This document shows positions 35,901 to 47,800 of a stretch of 64,000 nt of DNA, in pieces. Origin of the DNA: Amoebophrya sp. A120 (Eukaryota; Protista; Dinoflagellata); assembly GCA_905178155.1 (NCBI GenBank), contig CAJINV010000005.1, positions 1,700,438 to 1,764,437 on the forward strand, read 5' to 3'. The position numbers and the translations under genes are program-made. Numbering within the stretch: position 1 is the stretch's first letter; the number at the start of each line of letters is the position of its first letter. The notes beneath the pieces are model-generated. The model searched no databases. It saw nothing but the letters and a program-made list of their open reading frames with translations, and was not told where the DNA came from.

Positions 35901-38035
35901 TCTTCCATCAGTAGCGCGAAGTCGTGCAGAAAAACAGTGGAATTCACTGGCTTCACTCTCATCAAATTCAATATTTGGCTGCTCTTACTGTTCTTGCTAG
36001 AAGCACCAGACAAAAAGGATGACACTTGGTCGACGAAACCATCCCTGCTGGAATAAGGTATCGTTCCCGCGGACGGAAATGGTTGGTCCGTCCGCCCTGA
36101 GCGCTGGTCGTGCAGCCCCAACTGCAAAAAAGCCTCCTGCCTGTGGTCTGCACCATCGGCAGCTGCACCACCGCCAGGGGGAGTCGCAGAAGCATCTGCC
36201 GGAGGAATTTTTCTGGTCGTTGTAGTATCAACTTCAGTATCTTCACCACCTCCTCCGACCACCGGAGCCGAATTTAGCACCCCGGATTCCTCCTCGGCAG
36301 TTTTCCTCAATAGGGCTAGTGTGTTGAACGACTGCGGTTGTTTGTTCCCGGAACTTGCGGAGTCTGGGCTCCCGCTCGGTTTGGCGGAGCCATTTGATGC
36401 GTCCACTTCTGCGAGACCACCTGGCGCGAGTCGTTCATCTCCTTCGCCAGCTGTGCTCCGCGTCTCCTCGCTCACTCCAGAATTATGCAGTTGTCGTTCG
36501 AGCGGGGCCGGTTGTAGACCTCGAGGTGGCTCGAGATGTTGTGGACGTTGTCCCGGCGCGATCGCGAGCGTCTGTGGCCGAAGATCAGGAAGAGCAACAT
36601 CATCCTCGTCTTCCACCCTCCAGCGCGGGGCTTGATTATAATCCTCATGAGTAAAAATATCAACGTCCCCCACAGTCATGGGAGCCGACGAGGCACCGCC
36701 GCCTTCTTGTTGTTCTTCTGATGTGGACAGGGTAATCGTGCCCATACCTAAGCCGTTGTTCAATACCAGCGTCTGGATTCTCGCTGCCAGCTCTTCGTCC
36801 GATAAAGAGTTCAACGACGTTGTTCCTCCAACACCTGGCGCTTGTTGCTCTACCCCTGCTTGGTTCGCCTGGTCTAGCGTCACAGCCCCCCCGGCCACCA
36901 GCAAACTATCGTCGTGAGATGTGAGCAAGCCATTTCTACTAGTACCCAGAACACCAACTGAGGTTGCGGAAGATGATGTTGATGTTCCTCCGTCGGGGTG
37001 CACCAGGGCCCCGTTGTGCTTACCGCCGCGGAATTCGTGGCTACTGAAATTCACAGCCGCTGTGCGTTCCGGCTGGCGGAGCCAAACCAACTTGTCGACC
37101 GCGGCGCTACGCACCTCGAACCGCCCGGGTTTGCTGTAGATCGGCGCGACCACGTGGCACTCCCGCGCCTCCTTGGTCACCTCGAGACCTCCGTGCAGCA
37201 TTTCTTCGCCCTGGTTCCGTTGGAAATCTCTCATTGCGAGACCATCACTCGTCCCATCCGTGTTTGTCGACGCGGCACCACTGGTGCTCTCCTTTTGTTC
37301 AACATCCTCACCGCCTCCACAACAGGCACTGCTCGTCGCATCCTCCGCTCTAATCCCCACAGGGTCCACAAAATCCGGCACGGAGGGGGTCACAGACTGA
37401 CTTGATGCAAGCGGGGACCGCCAAGGTCCACGACCACCTTCATGGGGTCCTCGGTCGGACAGCTTTTTCAGCTTGGAGCTGAAACCAGCGTGAAGATCAT
37501 CTCCTGCGCTTGTTGCTGTTCTTGCGGTAGTACCCCTCGAGTTTTCTAGTCTCTGTAACCGCAAAGCACCGGCGCGCTGCTGGTGGTTCTCGCGGTGTAC
37601 CCTTTGTTCTAGTAGAACCGCTGGCGCAGCTCTTTTTTCATCGCGTGCTGTTCTTCTTCCCCTGCTGTCGTGTTTTAGTACTTCCACTCCCTTATGCAGA
37701 AAGGACGAGGACTTCGACTTTTCATCTGCAGAGGCAGTACTAGATTCCCGTTCAACATCTGGTGCACTGGCCGGACGGCCGCTGCTGAACTTTTTGTTCC
37801 TCTTCTCGGTCTTGCTGTCTCCAACGACTTCTTCATATGCTTTCTCTGAAGAATCGTCGAGCTTATCCAGCTCTTCGTCTTCCAATTCAGCAAACGTCTT
37901 CCGAGTAGGTCGGGACAAAAATAACGCGTCCACGTTCTTCGTGTAGTAGTAATCTTCTGCGAGTGTCAGAAAAAATACCAGCCGAACCGCGAGTGATCCA
38001 ACACGTGGCAGCCGTGAGGAAGCTTTTGCCATCAT
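23963..38035 (-). CDS. OSCA/TMEM63 (CSC1)-like multi-pass membrane protein with signal-like N-terminus, long low-complexity region and Cys-rich (furin-like) extracellular repeats
   Basis: Exons appear to join in frame from ORF 35546-38035 to ORF 23963-25381. Motifs: GPGFALYFNSL; YVMKLRGFP..DPSEIQAWLE; YVSIAYD; ASGEVYVVVKT; PIGLNWNY; multiple TM helices; CxxC repeats at 32450-33000. The family call is from motif recall only. Confidence 0.6.
25385..25685. mobile_element. TIR intron element, family E, degenerate
   Basis: TAT...ATA ends; TSD acccg; restores RGQR|VFLEY. Confidence 0.8.
26538..26793. mobile_element. TIR intron element, family A
   Basis: Family A TIR, right end GTA; TSD agatc. Confidence 0.88.
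27127..27433. mobile_element. TIR intron element, family H
   Basis: About 57-bp TIR tatggatgtgtcagagttgaaatcga.aaagttgaaataatttgtcatgcataaaatg with 1 mismatch; TSD gcccg. Confidence 0.92.
27513..27792. mobile_element. TIR intron element, family G
   Basis: TIR tatcctgagtaaaaacgtacccac.ccagagt; TSD cggaa. Confidence 0.92.
27963..28193. mobile_element. TIR intron element, family B, with a 57-bp internal insert
   Basis: Family B TIR; TSD tgatg. Confidence 0.88.
28377..28716. mobile_element. TIR intron element, family A variant with an internal duplication
   Basis: TSD cttcc; tttcttatgcggagtacgcaactcagagc occurs twice inside. Confidence 0.85.
28763..29042. mobile_element. TIR intron element, family G
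   Basis: 280-bp relative of 27513-27792; TSD tgccc. Confidence 0.9.
29106..29341. mobile_element. TIR intron element, family E
   Basis: Family E TIR; TSD cccct. Confidence 0.9.
31391..31698. mobile_element. TIR intron element, family E, diverged
   Basis: tatggaggagtctcaaa...tttgagaacgccata; TSD ttgaa/tggaa. Confidence 0.8.
31723..31872. mobile_element. TIR intron element, family B
   Basis: Family B TIR; TSD tccgc. Confidence 0.9.
31944..32178. mobile_element. TIR intron element, family F
   Basis: Family F TIR; TSD agacc. Confidence 0.9.
33617..33937. mobile_element. TIR intron element, family C
   Basis: Family C TIR; TSD gtcgc/atcgc. Confidence 0.9.
34012..34316. mobile_element. TIR intron element, family D (opposite orientation to 14504)
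   Basis: Family D TIR; TSD gtctc. Confidence 0.9.
34374..35566. mobile_element. Long (about 1.2 kb) intronic element with imperfect TIRs, bracketed by a 30-bp exonic direct repeat
   Basis: IR cgttagcat..agaag.ggtgaatttg.agtgaattt at both ends; DR cactaacaccgacggcgcgttcgga.tcac at 34331-34360 and 35570-35599. Confidence 0.6.
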
Positions 38036-38789
38036 TTTCGTGACGAGAGAAGCTGAATAATACTTTAGACAGCCTAATTACCGTGGTTGGGAAATACAAA
38101 ATTCAAAATCGGGTACGGGTAAGGGATGTTTTAAGCAAAACGGTAAAACTGTGAGCAGGATTTTCGCGTATCGCAACAGCTGTGTCTTTCACAAACCAAA
38201 ACTTCCTTCAAATTAATCACACGAAAAACAACAAATCCTCGTCCTGAATATGCACTGGACACATAGACTCATCAGACCTGCGTTGTTTGGTTGTAAAAGT
38301 CACTGGAATCTTAGGAAGGCGCTGATAAAGCAATACGTAATACCTACAAGGAGTTCATCATCTGGACGAGGACGACATCCAAACGAATGCAGATCCAGAA
38401 AAAACGTAAGCACGATGTGAATCAGGACGACGATGACGAGCGAACGAGCAAAAACTTTTTTTCTGACCTTCAGACCACGATGCGGGTGAGATATTGGAGA
38501 ACGATGACAAGGAAACTGAACCGCGACAAGGCTTACCAATACCATGCACGTGAGGCACCACGATGTAATTAAAACAAAACATCATCAACAAAAAAAAACT
38601 ATAGATTTAGATACATCAATAATTTGATTTGCACGGCAAGGACGACAACTCTGCTCGGAGTTGTGTGGCAGCAGGCACAGATATCTTCCAGTGGAGTACT
38701 CACTCTATCACTCTAGTTGTTGCACAAAGAGCAAATCAGCCGACATTTGAGAAACGAGAAACAGGTTTGGACATTTCACATGTCAGACT

Positions 38790-39300
38790 TCAGATCTGGA
38801 ATCTCAAATCTGGAATCTCAGATCTGGGATCTCAGATCTGGAATCTCAAATCTGGAATCTCAGATCTAAAGTCTAGAGTCTCAGATCTGGGATCTCAGAT
38901 CTGGGATCTCAGATCTGGGATCTCAAATCTGGAATCTCAAATCTGGATTCTCAACTCTGGATTCTCAACTCTGGAGTCTCAAATCTGGAATCTCAGATCT
39001 GGGATCTCAGATCTGGGATCTCAGATCTGGAATCTCAGATCTGGAATCTCAAATCTGGAATCTCAGACCTGGAATCTCACATCTGGAATCTCAAATCTCA
39101 AATCGAAATCTGGAGTCTCGAGTCTCGAGATATTTCAGATTTGAGGTCTCAGATTTGAGACATTCAGATTTGGGATATTCAGACTCGAGAGATTCAGACT
39201 TGAGAGATTCAGGCTTAAGATGTTCAGACTCGAGGTAGTCAGATCCGGGATATTCAGATTTGGAAATTTGTTGAGACGCCAGCTCAGAGATTTCAGATCT
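38790..39300. repeat. Tandem 14-bp repeat (AGATCTGGAATCTC-like) followed by a degenerate inverted array
   Basis: (tctggaatctcaga)n at about 38790-39120, then (gagattcagact/ttt)n to about 39300. Confidence 0.85.
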
Positions 39301-39699
39301 GGCGCCTCACGTCTCACTCTCAGACTTCAGCCAGATTTGGGATTGGGGTTGCAGGCGTCAAGCCTCGCGGCTTCTTTCGGGCTCCAAAGATTTCACACCT
39401 CGGCACCGCGAGCCTACCCTCAAACCAACCGCCGGGCGAAGCGGATTGGCTGTGGGCCTCCCAAACCGCCGCGGCGGGTTCTGGGCCTTCGGACCTTCTT
39501 TCGCTCGCCTCGGGCTTTCGCGTCCGGCCTTCGGGCCTTCTTTCGGGTTAGTTTTCGAGCGCCTGCGGAACTTCTTTCCGGCTTTCCGGGCTGATGCGTT
39601 TGGTTGGGCCTAAACTTTCAGCCATCGCGCCCTCAATCTTTCGCGCCCCAATCTTGCGGCCCCGAGACCCCAGGGTCCCGGGCGCGCAAGTTAACGCCA

Positions 39700-40560
39700 G
39701 AAGAGCCCGAAAGCGGAAACCAAGCCCGAAAACGAAAGCCAAGCAGAGCAAGCCTGCCAAGCGACCTGGCCGCGAGAGCCAGCCCCGAAACCGGGACTCA
39801 AGTCCGAAAACGGAAACAAGGCCCGAGACCAACAGCCAAGCTAGTCCGGGGGCGACAGGAAACCAGGCAAGGAAGCGAGAGCCAGGCGGGCACGGAAGCG
39901 AAATCGAAAGCCAGGCCCGAAAGCGCCAGCCGCGCCCGAAAGCGAAGGCCAAGCCCGAAAGCGAAGGGATGGGAGGCCAAGCCCGAAGGCGGAAGCCAAG
40001 CCCGACAGCGAAACCAGGGACCAAACCAAGCAAGCCCCCCCGTCCGAACACGGAGGCCAAGTCTGTCAGAAAGCGAAGCAAGGCCAAGCCCCCCCGAATG
40101 CGGAAGGAAGCCAACAAGCCCGAAAGCGGAAGTCAAGCCCGAAAACGAAAGCCGGGCCCGCAAGCGAAGGCAGAGCCCGCACACGAAAGCCAAGCCCGGA
40201 AGCGGAGGCGAATCCCGAAAACGAAAGTCAGGGAGGCCCGAAAGCGAAGGCCCCGGCAAGTGAAGCCCGAAGGCGAAAGCCAGGCCCGGAAGTATAGGTC
40301 GGGCCCGAGAACGAAACCAAGCCCGGGGGCGAAGCGAACAAAGCCAAGGCCTAAAGCGAAAGCGGAACAAAGCCACGCCTGAAAGCGAAGGAGGGCCATA
40401 GCCAAGCGAGCCCGAAAGCAAGGAAGCTAGCGGAAACCCGGCCCGAAAGCAAAAGCTAGGAAAGCCCGGAGGCAAAAAGCCAAGCCCCCCGAAAACGAAA
40501 GCCAAACCCGAAAGCAAAATAAAAGCGAGGCCCCCCCCCGAAAGCGAAAACCAGGCCCGA
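39700..40560. repeat. Degenerate tandem repeat of an aagcccgaaagcgaa-like unit
   Basis: Dozens of gcccgaaa copies, strongly T-poor on the + strand; an inverted version (ttcgggc) at about 39480-39590. Confidence 0.75.
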
Positions 40561-42010
40561 GAGCAGTGGGGGCGCCTTTTCCGCGGGGCTTCGCTTCGCC
40601 GGCGCGCGTGGCGTTCGATTGCGCGGGCGCGCGGGTGTGTGGCTGGCAGCGGCCGGCGTGGCATTCCGGAATGCGTGCGCCTCGCCGTCGCTTCCGGCCC
40701 GGTCGGCCCCTGCCAAAGCGGCCTGGCGGCCGCTCGGCAGTGTTCGCCCCCAAGGCCTTTGCCACCGCGGGGTCGCGAGGCCGGTCGGTGTACGCCGTGG
40801 CGGCGGGTCAGCATCTCCCCGTAATGCGCGCGCAACTGCGGACGCCCCCCTTTCGCCACCGTCCTGGCCCTTCTGCCATTGATTACCCCTCCGCCCTTTG
40901 CCTGGATATGTGGCGGCAGCCGTCGAGGCTCCGCTCGCCCGGGCGCGCCCCCGGCGATCTATGTGGCGCTTTTCTTTGGCTAGTGCGGAACCTGCCTCCA
41001 CGGCCCCCGAGCCTGCCGGGCGGGCAGGGGCTTCGGCGGCCGGACTTTCGGAAGCGCCCGCCGTCTTGGCTTCCACGCTTCCGTCGCTCCGGTCTTTTTC
41101 GCATCATGGGGCGTTCGCCGAGGGGGCGCGCGAGCGTGCATCTGCTGGCCATTGCCGTGATGCTACGGGCGCCCTCCCCACTGTCCTGCACCTTCTGCCG
41201 CTGCCCCCCCGCTCTTTGTCTGGATGCGTGGGCGACGCGGAGGCCGCTGGCGTGGCGTGGCGGGGTGCGTCTTCTACGGTCTCTATGGTGTTTTTGGCCG
41301 GCTCGACCCTCGTGTCTGTGGCCTTCTCAGCCTGCCGGACTGGCACCAGAACGGCTTGACTATCGTTATTGATAGTTCTATTTCCCTCGCGCGTTTCTCT
41401 GTTTCTCGTTTCTCAAAGATCGGTGGCGACAGGACTTGCGCTACTTGTATCTATAAATACTTCAACGAAGTAGAGTGACGATCTTCATTTCTAGCATGTA
41501 CTTCTACTTCTAAGTGGCATGCGAGCAGCTTTCCCGAACAAAGCTACATCACAACACGACATTTAGTACGACGCATCAACATCCTGAAGAAGTTGTGATC
41601 ATCCTCATAGTGCTTCATCTGCACGTGCAGCAGTAGCTAGCGCGCTCAGGTCAGAAAAATAAATCAAGCGGAGTGTCCAAAGAACGAAGTTCGTTAAGAA
41701 CGAAGTTCTTTTTTCAGGGTGACACTACATAGGTAGTACATGATTTTCTTCGCGTACACTGCAGCGTACATCTTTATTTGAGCCGATTGTCATTCTTGGG
41801 GAGATCTTCGATGAAAGAATTGCAGCACATACACCCAAGCCTCGACAAGATTGTTCATCATCTCGATCTCCGAGGGCTGTCTTCTGTCGCCATTTTCCGT
41901 CGGAAAAGCAAAAGCTGTAGAAGATCACATAGAAGTACACTACACAACTGATCCACGACGTAATATCGTGGCAACGAATGTGATCGCTTGTTCCTCAACT
42001 TTTACTCGTC

Positions 42011-43732
42011 CTACCTCGGTGGCCTGACGGCCCCAGTTCGAATAGTGACAGGTTGCCCCACCTGGTCCAAATCTTCCGTTGCCAGCTGGTTAATCTTCGA
42101 CGCGGCCTGCGCAATCTTTTCCTTCAGCCCGGCTGTGGTCACGCTGTCCCTACTGTTCATGATCCTATTTGCAGCAGCAGCTCCACTTGTTCCACCTCCG
42201 ATGGATGATGATGTTCTACTCCGGCTATGATCTAGAGTGGACGAAATGTCGGCGCACACCTTCTGAATCTCGGCGTCAATCGCAGACTCCTCTTGCTGCA
42301 GACGGTGCGCGTCTTGCTGGTTGGAGGTGCCGTTTGTCTGCGAAGCTGTCAAGGGTGTACTTGATCCTGCAGATGTCAGCACTCCCGCATGCTGTTGTTC
42401 CCGGTGCTGCTTCTGCTGTACTTGCAAATACCAGTCAACCAAGACGCCAGCAGACACTGCGCCAGCTGTTGAGGAAGCAGAATTAGTAGATGCAGTAGAT
42501 GTACTAGCTCCACCAACTACCGGACCACTATTATTTGATGTGATTCCTGTCGTCATCATCTCCTGCTGCACCTTCGCACCCACTGCCCCGATGATCTTTT
42601 GTTCGAACCGGTGAATCAAATCCGACAAAAACGCCGCCTGCTGTTCGTCCCCGTGGACGGGGGGGATCCCCAGAAGCTTCGCGTTGGTTAGGCTCTCTTG
42701 TAGACTCTCGGTGGACATTAGTTTGATTTTATTTTTGAACAGATCGCCGTTGTTCATATCAAATGCAAAAATGTCTGGGTCTGGAAGATTCCGGGATTTG
42801 GGATGCATATTTTGTATGATCCATGATGCATCTAATGCATGATCTAGCATCACAGATTTTTAGAGGTCTTTCTGATGCCCATTCTGCATGAGAAATGCCC
42901 TCTCCGCGTAACACAAACTGGACTCCTGTTGCTGGTCACGCAATACAGATTTTTTTGGAATCCAAAGACAGCATGACAAGTTGCAATCTTCCCGACCCAG
43001 ACATTTTTACATTTCATAGTTCAGATAACTCTGCATTTCGCTGATCTTCGCTTGGTGCTGCTCTTGCATTTTTTGCTGCTGCTGCTGCTTGGTGGACGAT
43101 GTTGATGTTGAACTATGGTCGTGCACCAGCTGCTGCGCGCTTGAGGAGGTCCTCGCGTGAAGATGTTGTGCGCTTCTGCCGCGGGTTATGGTTATAGTGC
43201 CGGTGGGGTTACGACCATTAGTACCCGTATAATCATATGGAGTTGTATCACCCCCGGCCGCGAAGGGATTGCTCCTCGAGTTGTAGGGAAACGAACTAGA
43301 GCTCGCCGATGCGGTTGGCGTGTGGTCCATCACCATCGGCTGATGCGCGCCTTGTGGAACGAAGCCCGTTGGACCAGCCGTTGCTGAAGAGGAACCACTA
43401 GAACTATTTCCGCTCCGAACAAGTCCCTTGTTGCCACTGCTCGCAAGCGTCTCCACTCCGAACTGGGGTATTATGTCCGAAAACAGCCCCCGCGCTGCCG
43501 AGGTAGGAGGTTGGTGTGCACCGGCTAGTTCCCCCGGCTGGTGCTGGGACGACGACGACGATGCCCCGCTGGCAGTCATGAAGACGTTGGTGCGATCTGC
43601 TGGCTCGATAATGGAAGATGCCGCCCCGAAACTGAACTGCGGGCGCGAAGATGAAGGAGCTGCGGATTGATAGGTAGTTTTGAGTGGAACAAAATGTTGC
43701 AATTTTAATGCTTGCGATATGAAATCATTCAT
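42011..43732 (-). CDS. Ser/Ala/Gln-rich hypothetical protein, interrupted by one TIR intron
   Basis: ORFs 43007-43732 and 42011-42853 join as QSYLN|NGDLFKNK after removing 42757-43018 plus 5 nt. A further 3' exon is possible. Confidence 0.6.
42757..43018. mobile_element. TIR intron element, family A1
   Basis: Family A TIR; TSD gttca. Confidence 0.9.
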
Positions 43733-44872
43733 CCTCCCCTAGTAGCAAGAGAAAAATTGATGCCATGCCCAGGCATGGAAAGAAAGAAAGAAGGAAAGAA
43801 AGTAGCAAGAGAATGAAAAAGAGGCGCGACCATGATGTGAAGTGATGCACTACTATCGCACGCTATTATAGAAGAAGTCACCCTCCTACCTCTCTCAAAG
43901 CCACCGCCCCTGCCGCCCGTGATAAGCTCATCTCGGTCGAATCGTACGCGCAATGGGCTCTTCGGAACGCTCAGATCGGCGGTTGAAGGATACAATGCCT
44001 CCGAGGATTCCGCAGGTGCAGGCATGGTTATTTGTACTTATTTGAATTTGTATTCAAAAAGATCAACACAAGGGTGAGTTATAACTCGGTCAACATCATC
44101 TCAACATTACCCAGAACTAGAAAAAGAAAACAACTCGTACTTACACAAGTTGTCGAAGATGAAGCAAGGTTTACAGCCCTACTTGGGTTTGGCTTTGATG
44201 TTCTGGCAAACAAAACTGCTGTACTTGCGGATAGACAACTCGAAATCGACATATCATGATCACGACCTCGGCAATGCTGACACCTTAGTTTGATTCCCTC
44301 GTCAAATTTTACAACTCTCGCATGACTATCACAAACACAAACGGATAATCTTCATGTTTGAGTTTAACCACGAACTTGAAACGAATTGGAATAAAGCTAA
44401 AGTCTGGCACTGTGACTGCCACTGGCTGGTCAACAAATAAAACCTGACTGAAAGTCAGAGAAGGAAAACAGAACATCGATCGGCTGCTGCTGTTTCAGTT
44501 TCGCATAGTGTAGCGCTACCGCATCAACACACAAAAAGCACTTTCATGTTGCGAGATAATGTAATGTTCTTTCACTGTAGCGATTCTAGAAAGGCACACA
44601 CAGAAGTTCATCTTCGCAATGAATTCGTTTTTCAACAGCCTAGACACTTGCACAGAAAGATATTCATCCGGGATACAGAGAGACATCACCGTGCGTAAAT
44701 AAATGGCTAAAGCTGAGTAGTGGTCTGGAAACAGATTTTTTCCCATTCCCTAATTGGAACCTCCATATCAGGTCGTTTTCATCTTCATGCGACGAGAGGA
44801 GCTCCTGTAGAGCCAGTTCTACTTCTTCAAGAATAAAGACCTTCAAACAAATTTTCCAACTATGACTTCTTC

Positions 44873-47800
44873 TCATCGCGGAGACTGGATTGCAGCTCCC
44901 GTCGGGCCCATCGACTTCATGGCAGCTCCAGCCGGGCCCATGGATTTCATAGCCGACGGTGCCATCGAGCTCATCGCGCCCCCGCCACCTCCAGATGGCC
45001 CCATGGATTTCATAGCCGACGGTGCCATCGAGCTCATCGCGCCCCCGCCACCTCCAGATGGCCCCATGGATTTCATAGCCGACGGTGCCATCGAGCTCAT
45101 CGCGCCCCCGCCACCTCCAGATGGCCCCATGGATTTCATAGCCGACGGTGCCATCGAGCTCATCGCATTCCCGCCTTGCTTCGAGGGTGCCATACTCGAC
45201 ATTGCCGCCGCGTTTGATTTCATTGCCGACGGCGCCATCGAGCTCATCGCATTCCCACCCTGTTTTGATGGTGCCATGGAAGACATGGCTTCTCCGCGTG
45301 CCGCGGACGGTGCCATCGAGCTCATTGCCACAGCGTTGGACTTCATAGCGGACGGTGCCATCGAGCTCATCGCAGCGGCGTTGGATTTCATAGCAGATGG
45401 TGCCATAGAACTCATTGCAGCAGCGTTGGACTTCATAGCAGATGGTGCCATGGAGCTCATTGCCGCCGCGTTGGACTTCATAGCAGATGGTGCCATAGAA
45501 CTCATTGCCGCGGCGTTGGACTTCATAGCAGATGGTGCCATGCTGCTCATCGCAGCGGCGTTCGATTTCATCGCACTGGGCGCCATGCTGCTCATCGCCG
45601 CACCCCCACCGCCACCCGCATGAGACTTCATCGCACTGGGCGCCATGCTGCTCATCGCCGCACCCCCGCCCGCGTGGGATTTCATCGCCGCCGGCCCCAT
45701 CGACTTCATAGCGCCACCACCTCCGCCGGCGTGGGACTTCATGGCGCTCGGCGCCATAGAACTCATTGCCGCGCCCCCACCCGCGTGCGACTTCATCGCC
45801 GCGCCACCATGCGACTTCATCGCGGCGCCACCATGCGACTTCATGGCCGCTCCACCGTGTGACTTCATCGCCGCACCCCCGCCCGCGTGGGACTTCATGG
45901 CCATGCTCTTGTTCGCGCCCCCACTCTTCTTCCCCTTGTGGTCGTCCTCGGAGCCGCCGATCCGAACGCCGCGCCTGGCCACGTCGCCCACCTGCGCCGA
46001 CGGATCGAAGTCGCTGGGGCCGCTGCCCTTCTTGGGCGCGACCGACCCGGACATGGGTAGGTCGTCGCCGAGCAGGCCCGCGAAGATGTCGTCGTGCAGC
46101 TCGTCTTGCGTGTACTTCTTGCCCTGCGCCACCTGCTGCTGCTCCACCACCGATTTCTTCTGGAACAGCGGCGACCGCCCCGACTGCTTCGCCTTCTTCT
46201 CCGCCTCCGACAATTCCCGCCCCTTGTACTGGATCGCCTTCTCCTCCCAGGCCAGCCGCTTGATCTCCTCCGCCCGGGCTTCCGCCTCCTTCTTCCGCTG
46301 CTCCCGCGCTTCCGCCACCCACTCCGGGAACTCCTCTCCGTAGACCTGCGCGCGGTAAATCGCCAGTTCCTCCGGATCCGTGATGAGCGGGATGGCATAC
46401 TCCTTCGCCTTCTTGATATCGTCCACCACACCCTTCGCGTAGGCCCCGAGGCCGAGACTGGCGGTCTCGTCCTGGTCCTCCTCGTCCTTCGGTTTCGGCG
46501 GCGGATCCGGCGGCGCCGGTAGTCCCATGGCCGCGTTGTAGGACCGGCCCAGGTCTTTGTTGGTGATCTGCTTGTTCAACGCGAGCTGGGCTTTGCCCAT
46601 CTTATCCAGTTTGTACGCGAGCAGGCCGTGCAGCCCGTCGGTCACATCCTGGTCATCCTTCTGTTCCGTAACGTAGACATACAGTTCCTGGGCCTGCTTC
46701 CACACGTCCTCCGGCCCGGGCACATCCAATTGGTCCGTTTGCCTCTTCGAGGTGGCACGCGAGCCGAGCTGGAACGGAGATGTTGCCCCTTGACCTTGTC
46801 CTCCTTCACCTGGCGCCGCACCACCTTCCGCACTGACAAAACCGGCTGCGGCCGGCATGCGACGCATGCCAGGTTGGAAGGGTGTTCTGCCAGCAGCAGG
46901 AGGTCCTCCGACTCCGTGGTCTTCGTCCCACTGATTGAGGATCCGCTCCTTCTGCTTGGCCCAAACCCACTGGACGTAGTGCTCCCACGTGGTTGGCCGG
47001 AGCGGTTCGGTGAACCGCACGGCGTTGTCGCGCGGGAACAGGTACCGCGGGTGGCGCACCCGGGAATCCCACGGCGACTTGATCTCGCCCGAGATCGACT
47101 CCGCCGACGCGTCGCTGTCCGAATCCGGCTCGGACAGAACCGTCGGGTCGTCGTACCCGTTGTACTCATCATCCGGCGGCTCGAACTCCACCGTCATCAG
47201 CGTTTCGAAGTCTGTCGGCAACTCCGCGGACCACCCCGGTTTCCGGTTGAATCTCCGGTCTAGTGGCGCGGCCTTCCTCCCGACGTTCGTGTAGTTCTGC
47301 CCGATGAACCACAGCTTTTCCGCGTTCTTCTTCACGACCTTTTCAAAATCGGTCTCGACCTTCTGTCGCGCCTCGCGCTCCCGCTTCCGGTGCTCCATCA
47401 CCAGTCGCGCGTCCGGGTGGTCCGCGTCCGGAAACAGATTGGGGTCTAAGCCCCGTCTCGCAATTTCCCTTATCGATCGCGCAGCGGACTCCAGCTCCTT
47501 TTGCCTCTCCTCGACCAAATGCTGTTGTCTCTCCTCCTTCGCCAGTTGCCGGATCCGCGCGCGCTTCTCGTAGTCGTTGTACAAAACGTTGAGGTTGCCG
47601 CCGACTCGCAGCATCTGCGCCTTCCGCCAAAATTTTACGTTTTTGTCCTTCATCAAGTTGCGCATGAAATCCCCCTTCTCGGATTTATCGTGCACATCCA
47701 TCCCGTCGAAAAACTCGTCCAATTGCTCCAAATCCGAGATGAGCTTGAAAACCGGGTGCTGTCTCGGCGCGTCCTTCCCGGAAAGTCTCAACTTCCTGGA

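Larger units (their letters stand above)
38740..41423. mobile_element. Foldback-like composite repeat element (intergenic)
   Basis: 19-bp perfect IR tttgagaaacgagaaacag at 38746-38764 and 41399-41417 encloses tandem arrays and a GC-rich block; no TSD identified. Confidence 0.5.

Noticed and set aside
38790-39300. Telomeric repeat, or the coding repeat SQIWNLRSGISDL
   Set aside because: The unit is 14 bp (not a multiple of 3) and does not resemble TTAGGG/TTTAGGG-type telomere repeats.
39548-41372. Lys/Arg/Pro-rich and GC-rich overlapping ORFs as genes (e.g. histone H1-like or DVNP-like)
   Set aside because: Multiple frames are open on both strands because of T-poor or GC-rich repeat composition; there is no codon-phase conservation.
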